This document shows positions 18,971-30,200 of a DNA stretch of 64,000 bases, one piece after another; positions within the stretch are counted from its first letter, which is position 1; every line of letters begins with the position of its first letter. Position numbers and translations under genes: made by a program. Origin of the DNA: a virus (lineage: Duplodnaviria; Caudoviricetes); the IMG/VR virus record IMGVR_UViG_3300020578_000034, positions 1 to 64,000 of that record, one strand, 5' to 3'. The notes under the pieces were generated by a model. The model had not been told where the DNA came from. It saw nothing but the letters and a program-made list of their open reading frames with translations, and made no database searches.

Positions 18971-21190
18971 ATGGCGTGGAACTCCCGAACCAACAAGAAC
19001 CTCGGAACTGACAGGACGAAGGCGCTGAATCCCGGCGCCCCGGTGGCCTACAACCCATCGCAGGTCGGCAGGCCGTACCGGGACTCGTGGGACATCGAGC
19101 GCGCATACCGCGAGGGATTCCAGAAGGTCACCTGGGTGAATCGTTGCATCGACGCAATTTCCGGGAACCAATCTCGCCTACCCATGATCCTGCGGGAGGA
19201 CAACAACCCGTCGGGGAGAGTGGTCAGGAAGACGGACAGGAAGATACTGGACATCTTCAACACCAAGGCGAACATGGGGGAGAACTCGTTCGTGTTCCGC
19301 TACAGGTTGTCGTCGCAACTGCTCATGTCGTCGCGCGGGGCCTTCATCGAGAAGATCAGGGGGCGCGACGGCGAGCTGATCGCCCTCCAGTTGCTGCCAC
19401 CCCAGCACACCGCCCCGATACCCGACCCGAAGAAGTTCGTGTCCGGCTTCGAGGTGGACATGCGCAACGGAACGAAGGTGACGCTCAAACCGGACGACGT
19501 GGTCTGGATCAGGAAGCCGCACCCCCTAGACCCGTACCTGTCGCTCACGCCAATGGAGTCCGCTGGCATAGCCATAGAGATAGAGAATCTCTCCAAGCTC
19601 TACAACAGGAACTTCCTGCTCAACGACGGTAGGCCGGGCGGCCTGCTGGTCGTCAGGGGCGAGATAGACGACGACGACAAGGACGAGTTGCGCAACCGGT
19701 TCAGGGGAAACGTCGCTAGGGCGGGGGCCGTGACCGTGCTGTCCTCGGACGAGGGCGTCGACTTCGTGGACACAGGCCAAAGCCCGAGGGACGCAAACTA
19801 CGTGCAGATGCGCCAGATACAGAAGGAGGAGATTCTCGCCGCCTTCGGAGTCCCCGAGTCCGTGATCGGCAACGCCGCCGGCCGGACGTTCGCCAACGCC
19901 GCCGAGGAGCACAAGGTGTTCTGGAACGAGACGATGCTCCCGCACCTCGAGACGATCGCCCGCGCCCTCGACGAGCTCGACGACGAGTACTACATCGACT
20001 TCGACGTTACCGACGTGCCCGTCCTGGTGCTCTACAAACAGGAGCGAGACAGGTACCTGATGAGCGAGTACCAGACAGGCTTGATCAGCGGCAACGAGTA
20101 CAGGGAGGGCGCGGGGCGCAAGGTGATCGACTCCGAGCTGATGAACGCCATGCTCGCCAACCCGAACCTGACACCGATCGGGTACACGAACAAGAAGTTC
20201 GTCCAGCAGCAGATGGGCATTCCGGGGATGGGCGGCGCCCCGCCGCCGGCGGGCGCACCCGGCGGACCGATGATTCCCGGCATGGGGCAAATGCCACCGG
20301 TTCCGGGCGCCCCGGGAGTCGAGGGGGTCGCACCCGCCCCGCAGGAGGGCATGACGGCGGCGCTGCAGGCGGAGGAGGTCGCGGCAGCGCAAGCCGGGCA
20401 GATGGGGCAGGCGTCGGCGTTCGGTGACCAGGTGACGACGAAGTCGCTGTGGGACGAATGGGACGAGAAGGCCGAGAACTCGCTCGACAGGTGGACCGAG
20501 ATACTGGACTCGTCCCTTGAGCGTTTCGTGGAGCGCCAGCAGAGGGTGATACTCGAGAAAGCCGCCGGCTCCAAATCGAGGAAGTCGCTGGAGGCGGGGA
20601 GCCTCGACTACGAGAGTATCTTCGACCAGAGGATATGGGATAAGCAGCTGGCGGAGGACATGCGCCCGATCCTCAGCGGGATAATGAACGACGCCGCGAC
20701 GCTCGTCTCCCAGGAGGTCGGAATGCAGGCCGAGATAGACGAGAAGGAGGCGGCGGAGCACCTGAAGGAACAGATCGAGAGATTCCAGCAGATGAACGCC
20801 ACCACCGCCAAGGAGATAGAGGGTGCCGTGCTGATATCGCTCTCCCTCGGCGACGGCGAGGACAAGATGGGGATGCTGAAGGCCGCCCTGCTGGCGATAT
20901 TCGTCAACCTGCTGTCCAAGCGGAAGAGGAAGACTGCGGAGCACGAGTCCCACACCGCCTACAACGCCGGGGCGTTCTACGCAGGTCGCTCGGTCGGCGC
21001 GGCCACGAAAACCTGGGTATCGGAAAGAGACGCGAAGGTCAGGCCCGAGCACGCCGCCATGCACGGCGAGACGGTTGCGATTTACGAGCCGTTCGTCTTC
21101 GGCGGAAATTCCATCAGGTACCCGGGTGATCCGATGGCGGCGATCAACTTGACGATGAATTGCCGGTGCAAAGTGAGGTTCGGGTTCTGA
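18971..21190 (+). CDS. HK97-type portal fused to a MuF (gpF-like) minor head domain
   Basis: Portal motifs (NDGRPGG, EEILAAFGVP, NEYR), a Pro/Gly linker, then KTWVS..D.KVRPEH...PGDP...NCRC. Confidence 0.9.
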   Translation: MAWNSRTNKNLGTDRTKALNPGAPVAYNPSQVGRPYRDSWDIERAYREGFQKVTWVNRCIDAISGNQSRLPMILREDNNPSGRVVRKTDRKILDIFNTKANMGENSFVFRYRLSSQLLMSSRGAFIEKIRGRDGELIALQLLPPQHTAPIPDPKKFVSGFEVDMRNGTKVTLKPDDVVWIRKPHPLDPYLSLTPMESAGIAIEIENLSKLYNRNFLLNDGRPGGLLVVRGEIDDDDKDELRNRFRGNVARAGAVTVLSSDEGVDFVDTGQSPRDANYVQMRQIQKEEILAAFGVPESVIGNAAGRTFANAAEEHKVFWNETMLPHLETIARALDELDDEYYIDFDVTDVPVLVLYKQERDRYLMSEYQTGLISGNEYREGAGRKVIDSELMNAMLANPNLTPIGYTNKKFVQQQMGIPGMGGAPPPAGAPGGPMIPGMGQMPPVPGAPGVEGVAPAPQEGMTAALQAEEVAAAQAGQMGQASAFGDQVTTKSLWDEWDEKAENSLDRWTEILDSSLERFVERQQRVILEKAAGSKSRKSLEAGSLDYESIFDQRIWDKQLAEDMRPILSGIMNDAATLVSQEVGMQAEIDEKEAAEHLKEQIERFQQMNATTAKEIEGAVLISLSLGDGEDKMGMLKAALLAIFVNLLSKRKRKTAEHESHTAYNAGAFYAGRSVGAATKTWVSERDAKVRPEHAAMHGETVAIYEPFVFGGNSIRYPGDPMAAINLTMNCRCKVRFGF

Positions 21191-21219
21191 TTTAGTAAAC
21201 ATCGTTTCGGTTTACTAAA
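21191..21219. repeat. Perfect 10-bp inverted repeat (operator or hairpin)
   Basis: TTTAGTAAAC-N9-GTTTACTAAA immediately after the portal stop. Confidence 0.7.
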
Positions 21220-21276
21220 ACGAATACGAAAACCTTACGCCAGAAACAATTCTCGTCGTTTATTATGTAACGAGAC

Positions 21277-24200
21277 ATGGCCAACCAGCAAACTTCCGAC
21301 GATCTGGACTATCTCTACAAGTCTCTCAACGGTCAGATAAACGTCGATGAGGCGCAGGGCATAGTCGAGGCGTTCGTCGCCGGCGTCGGCAACAAGGACT
21401 CCGTGGGTGACATCTGTCTGCCGGGTTGCTTCACTTCTTCCCTCAAGCGCAGGAAGCCTCGCGTCGTCTGGGGTCACGACTGGAACTCCCCGATCGGCAA
21501 GGTGCTCGAGATCTACGAGGTCGGGCCCAACGATCCGCGCCTGCCGGCAAAGATGCGCAAGGCTGGCATAGGCGGCCTCTACGCGAGGGTGCAGTTCAAC
21601 CTCAAGGCGGAGAAGGGCAGGGAGGCCTTCGCCAACGTGTCGTTCTTCGGCATGGAGCAGGAGTGGTCCATCGGATACAAGACCCTGGACGCGGTGTTCG
21701 ACCCGGTGCAGACCGCCAACCTCCTGAAGGAAGTGGAGCTCTATGAGGTGTCGCCCGTCTTGCACGGAGCCAACCAGCTGACGGGGACGATATCGATCAA
21801 GGCCGACGAGGCCGAGACGCAGACCAAGGAGGGGAAGGGTCCTTGCTGGCCCGGATACAAACAGGTCGGCATGAAGAAGGGCAAGCGCGGGAGGATGGTT
21901 CCCAACTGCGTGCCCATCAACGGCAAATCGCTCGAGGACGAGTGTTGCCCGGAGGAGAAGGCGGGCAAGCCCGTCTTGCGCGACCCCAAGGGCGGACTCA
22001 CGGCGGCTGGTCGGGCCCATTTCAAGAGAACCGAGGGCGCAAATCTGAAACCGGGCGTGAGGGGCGCGGCCGACACGCCGGAGAAAATGCGCAGGAAGGG
22101 TTCCTTCCTCACCCGCTTCTTCACCAACCCGAGTGGTCCGATGAAGAAGCCGAACGGCAAGCCCTCGAGGCTCGCCCTTTCGGCCGCGGCGTGGGGTGAG
22201 CCGGTGCCGCAGAACGCGTCCGACGCATCAGCGTTGGCGGCGAAGGGTCGTCGCCTGCTCGAGAGGTACGAGAACTCGAAGAAGAAGAAGAACAAGAAGA
22301 AGGACGACTCGGACTCGGTGGAGAACAAGAACTACGTCGCGGCCATCTACTCCGCCACGAGTGCGCAGCAGAACGAGACGTTCGGCAGGGCATCCGAGCT
22401 GACCAGGGCGCTGGCCGCGAGGTTCGGCGGCCCCGTGAGACTGGTGACGGCCGACAACGACATAGCGGTGTTCGAGATGGGCGCTGGCGCGTCGGTGGAG
22501 ACGATGAGGGTCGCGTACCACTACGACGGCGACGAGTTCATGTTCGGCACGGCTCAGCAGGTGAAGCCCGAGACCGTCTACATCCCGATCAACCAGACGA
22601 CATCCGGCCAGACTGTCGGCGGGGTCACGACGGGAATAACCCCGAACGTCGGGCACCACGCAGGCCACGTCGGTCACGAGGGGCACTGCTGTCCTTCCTG
22701 CGGAAACGGCGGCAACTGCGACGCATCGGTGGCGCTCACGCGGGGCGAGAGTCCGAGGATCGCCTTCATGAAACTGAAGTCGCTCGGCGACCAGCTCAAT
22801 TTTGAGGTCGTGCCGGTCAACGGAGGTTTCCTCCTGAAGGGGTTCGGGTTCCTTTCCGTTGAGGCGCAGAACTTCGTCGTCAACAAGATAGAGCAGGGAA
22901 TGAGCCGGAAGTTCGTGAACCCGGCGGGGATGGCCATGCGCAGGGGTCTCGGCGTTCCGAACATAAGTGGTGCCGTGCGCGGTTTCAACGTCGACATGAA
23001 CCCGTTCACCGCGAGGGACGCCGACCTGGACAAGCTGGTGCTCGAGGGCAACCCGCTCGTCAACATGGGCCGCGGAGTGCCGGACCCGACGCCGTTCGGG
23101 ATCCCGGATGGGCCGCGCTTCGGTGATCCGAACGTTCCGAGGGTTTCCGACAGAATGAATCAAAGACGCCCGCTGATGATGCCGGCGGTGCCCGAGCCGA
23201 CCGAGGTCCCGGAACCAGCCAAGGAACCAAAGCCGGTGACGGAACCGTCGCCGTTCGTGCCCAAGCCGAACAGGCCCCCGACCCCAGTTCCGCAACCGGA
23301 ACCGGAGACGGAGCCGGTCGTGCCCGTTCCCGTGCCCGAGCCGGAGAGAGAGCCGGTCCCGGTGCGTCCGCAACCAATCAGGCCGACGGTGCCCGTGCGC
23401 CCCCTCGTTCCGACTGGCAGGAGGCGTATTCCAAAGAGGTTGGCGGAGGACTTGGCGCGAGCAGATTCGTTCGACCGCCCGAGCAGGCAGACCAGGCAGC
23501 GTCGTCTCAGGGACGAGGGAATCGACGAAATGCGGAGACTGATGCTGCTCGACGGACCGGAAGCCGGAATGACTTATCCGTCCGACAGGCAAAGCGACAA
23601 CCCGAAGAGCAAGTGGAGGGGCGAGAGGGCAACCATGTTCCTCACATACGATCCGGAGCTTAGGCGCCCGACGGATCCAGATGAAGTCGTACTCCACGAC
23701 AAAGTTCGGAAACAAATGATGGATGCGATTACGAGCGGCGATCCCGACGCCATTTACTCCATGGAAGATCTCACGAATGCAACAAGGAATAGGTTCGGGG
23801 CATGGGATCTGGACACCCCCGAGACCATCAGGATAATGAGAGAAGGGGAGGCGGCCGGGGATACGCCAGAGGAAATTCTGGAGAGAATTCGCGACGCCCA
23901 CGACGCCGCACGCGGCGACATCAGCGATATTGATGGCCCGGAAGCCGGGATGAGCGACCCGGACTCGCGCCGATTCGTGGGGCGGACAGACGTCGAGTCC
24001 CGGGAACGGGAATTCTACGAATTGATGCTGGACGAACGAAGGGCCGACGAAGCACTCACGACTGGCGACACGAGCGTTCTGCGTCCCCGAATACTCGACG
24101 ATATTTTGGAATATCTCGGAGACGAGAACGAAGACGATCCGGATTACGTCCCGTCTGCCGATGAGATCGCCTCTTTGGCGCAGGAATTGGCAGAGGAGGC

Positions 24201-27200
24201 AGTCGAAAAATTCATAAACGAGGATAATTACGTTGGCGGCTCGTCCCGCAACCCTGTGTACAGGGGAAGGAACAACAGGGACCTGTGGCCCAGGCGCGAC
24301 GAAATCTTCAGGAAATTCAGCGGAGGCGACGGGGAAGCCGGAATGAGCAGAGGCGGAGGCGGCCCCGACGAATTGGCCGACAGATTCCGTAAGGCCCGAG
24401 AGGAGAGAGAGCAGCCCGGCAGCAGAGGTCTCGACGACGATACGTCGGCAATGTTTAGACAGGCTGAGGATTCTTTGCGCGGAAGTTTCCGTCCGAAGAC
24501 CAACGAAGTTGATAGGTACGAGTACAGCGACCGAGACAACATCAACGCCATGCGGTCGCAGGCCGAAATAATGAGGACGGACTACAACGACGAAGAAGCC
24601 GCCCAACTCTTTGAGCAGGCCGCGGACATCCTTGAAGATCGACTCGCGATGCCCAAGGATGACGACATCGTCGACGCAGAGATAGTAAGGACCTACGGGC
24701 AACTGGACGAACTCATTGAGAGCCCTTGGCGTCCTGCCGAAAACATAACTCTCCACCTGGATCCGGTGGACGGAAGTATTCGCGAAGCCGATGCCTACGA
24801 AGCCGTGTATTTGGCCAACTCCGAAGAGGCCGAGCTGGACATGTTCAACATCGACGACTACGACTCGGTCGGCTACGACGAAGCGGGCAATCTCGTCAGC
24901 CGGGCCCCCGACGGGGACGAAATAATCTTTACGGCGGAGCAGCTCGATTCGGCCGGTCATAGAAGGAAATACGGCAGAAGGACCTACGGGGAATTGGGAG
25001 AACTCGTGGAGAGCACCTTCCGCCCCTCGGAAAACGAACGCATCTACCGGGATCCAACCAACGGGCGACTTTACCTGGCGGACTCTGGCGACCGGGACAC
25101 CGGCGACGACGCGCCGCTCCCCGACTTCAACATCGACGACTACGACTACGTCGGCTACGACGGAGAGGGCAACCTCGTCGTCCGCGGACCAGACGGGGAC
25201 GACATAATCTTCACGGCGGAGCAACTCGGTGCCACCGGGATGACCCGAGCGGAGATCGAGATGCTTGAGGCGGAGCGGATTGGACTTGCGAACTTGTCGG
25301 CACGACGCGAGAAGATGCGGGATGCCGGGATGTCTCCGGATTATTCGGTCAGATCCCCGAGCTGGCGCGGTCAGGGTGAATTCTGGCTTGACACCTCGAC
25401 GGGGAGAATCTTTTACAGGGACTCCACTGACTTCGAGGATGGGGACGGTTTTGACGGGGAATTCGTGGACATAGCGGGGGTGCAGTCGGAAGACGCCGAT
25501 TGGATCCGCGAGAGTCTGCTCGCCAATTGGGACTCAATAGGTTTCAACACCAGGGGCGACTTCGTCTACAGGGGCGTCGACTTCGGGCAGGCGATGGACA
25601 TCAACGACCCGGCACCGCCGCTTGACAATCGCGGGCAATTGATACCGAACCAGGAAGAGGTCATATTCAGCGCGGAGCAAATCGCCTCCAGGCCCAGGAT
25701 GAGGGACGACGACATCGTCGACGGGGAGATCGTCGACGACGACGGGGAGGCCGGAATGGCCGGTCCGAACAGGAACAGACGCCGCGGGCGCGCCGTGGTA
25801 ATCGATTCCGGAGAAAAGCTCGAGGAACTTTTCAGGAGAAGAAGGAGCGGGGAAGACATCTCGGACATGATGGAGGACATTGACCTGCCGAATCCGGGAG
25901 AACGTGCCATCACGGACCCACCCCCGGGTGCGGAAGCCGGAATGGCCGGTCGCGCCAGGACCAGGGCGGAGAACGCGGACCTGGGGAGAAAGATCTGGTT
26001 GGCAAGGACCCACGACAAGCTGTCGTTGGACGAGGCCGGCCGTCGCTTCAGGACGTCCCGGCAGAGGGCCAGGCAGCTTGAGCTACTCCATCACAAGTAC
26101 CTGCGCGACCTTGGTCAGCAGCACGCCAACAGGCTCGCACGGGCGATGGTCGACGACCCGATGACCGGTCTCACCGACTCCGAGGCGGATCTGCTCAGGC
26201 GACGTTTCGACGGCGAATTGCTCGAGGAGGCGGCTGAGCGATTGAGGACCGACAGGTTCGCCATCAGGCGCATGGAGCAGCTCGCCCTCGCCAAGCTGAG
26301 GAACAGGATGATCGATGATGGTCCGTCGGGTGCGATGGCCCTCGGTCGTGGAGGCAGGGCGGTGGACGCCGCCCGCCCAAAAGCACCAGGGGCCGAAAGG
26401 CCCGGAAGCCGAAGAAGAAGAAACGCGGTTGATCCGAGTTTCATAGAGATCCTCAACTCGCTGAAGGAGTTGGGCGAGGACGGACTGAGCAACGCGCAGA
26501 GGGTGCGACTGGCGGCCCTGATGCGATTCCGTCGTGTGATCAGCAACAAGATAGACCAGTTGATGGTCGGCGGGTCGCGTCGTCGCCGCCTGTCCGCCGT
26601 CGCCCCGGAGGTTGACCAGCTCAACAAGTCCATGCGCGGCCCGTTCTCTTCGCTGGCCGAGGCCGCGAAGATAACCACGGGCAGCCCGAGGGATTTCGTC
26701 TCCTCCGCCATCAAGATCGCGAACGATGAGCAGGATCCGCTCGACATTGACGGACCGATAAACGTACAGGTCTTCGAGGCATTGCGGTCCACGAACGACG
26801 ATTTCGCGGCTGTCGCCAGGACCCTCGGCATGGACGAGGAGATCGTTCGCCTGCGAGCCGCGGCCCACACGTTGAGGTTGCTCGCCTCGGCGAGGCCGGC
26901 CAGGATGAAGGTTTTTAGGCGCCTGCAGAGCAGCGGTGACACCCTGACGTCGATTGAGCGCTTCATCGTTGGGAAGTGGCTCAACGGAGCATCGGACCTT
27001 GACATTGCCGAGAGGATGGGGGACGGGTACGACGCGGCGCGCGTCGCCGCCACGAAGGTTGCGGCGCTAGCCAAGCTCCAGGTAGACGTGAACTCACCGG
27101 AGATGCGCAGCAGGGTGGTTGACGGGAGGATCTTCTACGACGAGTTCGGTCTGTTCGTCGAGCTGACCGACGACGCCGGGGCCACCACCTACAACAGGAT

Positions 27201-30200
27201 CGGTGACGGGCCGATGAGCATGGGGCTACCCGGCGACTTTTCGGACGCGTCCGGGGGTATGTCGCCTCCCAACCGCAGGGTCGTGTTCGCTGACTTCGGC
27301 GACGGGGGCAGGGAATACGTGGTCACTAGGACGGTCCGAAGGGACAGGGCGAACCCGAGCATGGAGTCAGTGATGATGATGCCGGTGAGGGGCGACGACC
27401 AGGCGACGGTGTCTACGCTCATCGGCAGGCAGCTGTTGGGCGACGATCGCGGGGCGAACCTCGAGTTCCCGGCGATTCTTTTGAAATCGGACGGAAGGAT
27501 CACCGGCGTGGCCGACCTCTCGGGCAAAGCAGTTCGTTTCTACGGTTCGCGCGTCATCAACGAATCCGCCCCCAGCGTCGCCGAGAGGGTCGGCGCGATA
27601 AGGGCCAACGACTCGGCGGCAAGGACGAAGATGGACCAGGACGTCGAGGGCGCCGAGAGGAGACTGAGCGGTCTCATGAGGGCGCTGGACCACCTGATTA
27701 GCACGGGCGACTGGATCGGAGGCGACGCAAACGTGACCGGGAGGGTCCCCGAATACGCGACCATGATGAGGTACGGACTCGACTCCGACGACGACGGTAC
27801 GCCGATCACTCCGCGCAACAGGACCAAGGAGCAGTTCGAGCTGGACGAGGCGGAGTTCTTCCTGTCCAGGTACCCGGACGCTCCCGCTGACATGGTGGAG
27901 CAGCACGTCCAGAAAGCCACGTCGGACCGGCTCGCCCAGGTGCGCAGGAAGGTCGATATCGCGAAGAAGGAGCTCGACAGGCTCAAACACGTCCGGGACT
28001 CCAAGGAGGTCAGGCGCTCCCAGAACGTCGTTGACCTCGAGACGCTTGACGACGAGACGGCGAGGATGCTCGCCGACGAAACCGGATTCCTTGCGTCCAT
28101 GTCCGGGCAGGATTACGACGCCGCCGGCGTGTCAAGGGGCGCTGACGGTTTCGCTTACGTTGTCCACAAGGGGCCTGACAGGCTCTCGGGTGGCGTGCTC
28201 GACCCTCGCATGTCGGCGGGCGTCGAGGGCCGCGCCGGGTCGGTGGCCGGGCAGGGCGACACGAGGGGGGCGAACAGGATCTACGTGGCGAGGTTCCTGC
28301 AGTCCGCGGAGGCGAAGTCCGACATGGTCAGGCACTCGTCCGACCTCGCCGCGAGGATCGCCCGAGGCGAGACGGTCGTCACCGCACACCCGTCGATACG
28401 TAAGGCGTTGAGGGCGCAATCCCAGCTCCTGTCGATGGCATTCGGCGAAGGCGGATTGCTGAACATGGAGAACTTCGACGAGGCGCGCGTCGCCGCGATC
28501 GTCGCGGATGTCAACAGGTTCGTCGACGCCCAGAAACGCGACCTCCAGCGCTACCAGAAGATAAGGGACTCGTTGACGAAGTTCGGCGGGAGGGACATGG
28601 ACCAAATGCTGTCCGCCGAGTCGGACGCCACGCGCGCGGTCGGTTCCCTCGACTTCTACGGAAGGTACGCCGATTTCGACCTGCCCCGCGACGTCGTCAG
28701 CTTCTCGCCGGGGTTCACGGACGGGCTCACGAGAAGGTGGACCCCCGTGGACGAAACGATGCTCGACCGGTGGGAGCTGACGGGCTCGCTGCGCGGCGGG
28801 GCGTTCCTGGCGGCGGGCAGGCTGGACGCGGAGATAGTCAGGGGCGGGCTGCTCGGACCGAGCGGCGAGTCGCAGATAATAGCCCCACTCAAACCCCTGA
28901 TCGGAATTTCGACGCCGGTCAGGATCACGAACGACGTCGCGCCGAGCGACCCGAAGTTCCTTGTGCAGAGCCTCGGCCCGGCCCTGATGGCTAGGGCCAT
29001 AAAGATGCACAAGCGCGACGGGTTCGTCGACATCGAGACCGTCCTGACGGACCCGGACTTGGCGCCGCAGGGTTACGTCGCGCGAACCGGGGACGCCGAG
29101 GCCGGTATGGCCGCGCTGGAACCGCGCAGGCCGATCCTCGACGAGCGCGGGAGGCTCGACCCGATTTTGACGCGCGACCAAGCGTACCTGGACGACAGGG
29201 AGGAGAGGGATCTGCCAGATGGACCGATGCAGAGACTCCTCGTCCCGCAGACTCCGTCCACGTTCATCGAGGCCCCTCCTGGTGACCTCACGCCCGAGAC
29301 GAGGAGGGCTCCGTGGGCGATCGGGTACACGGGTTCGGCGGCGGACATCGCCATTGGACTGGACGAGGATTACCCGGAACGACTGGTTCACGTCGTGGCA
29401 CCCTCGGCGTTGCCGCCAGACAACGCAAAATTCCCCGTGAACGAATCGGGCCCGCATCTGATGCTCGACCGGGAACCGCTGGACTTCCTGGTTCACGTGT
29501 TGAACGACATCAACCGCCTGACGGTGGAGGAGAGGGAAGCCTCGGAGAGATCGCTCTCGGACAGGGGCTACGAGGTCGAAAGATCGGAGTTCGACCCCCC
29601 GGACGATTTCACTCCGAGAGAACGTCACCCGACCTACCTTGTCGTCGACGTCAGGAACGAGCCGCAACTTCTGGGTCCCCCCGGAAGCGGGATCACGAGA
29701 ATCATCAGGATCAGGGAAATCCTGAGGTTCAGACTGTCAAACGAGGCCGACGAATCCCAGCCCGGCGGGGGACCGTTCTGGAGGCGAATCGACCCCGAGG
29801 CGGTCGCGAGAGGGGAACCTGGGAGAACCACGACCGATGGCCTTGGGTACATGGACTTCGTGATAGACGTCGACCCAACCTACGACGGAGACCTCATTGA
29901 CGACACCAGGGAGGTGAGGATCAAGCCGGAGAGCATCGTCGGGAGAATAGTCTCCGCCGAGGAGCTGTCCGTCACCTCCCAAGTGACCAGGCAGCTCTAC
30001 GAAGGGGACGGCGTTCGCCGCATGGGGTACCCGCGCCCCTACGGTCGCTCCGGCGGCGACGCAGAGGCAGGGATGGCACTCGCTCCCCGCACGGCCGATC
30101 TGGTCGCAAGGACCGAGAAGTACTTCCCGTCGGACGACAGGAACGACTGGCTGATCCCAGAGTCCGTCATGCCGGACAGGGAGCAGGCGGAGCTCCTCGG

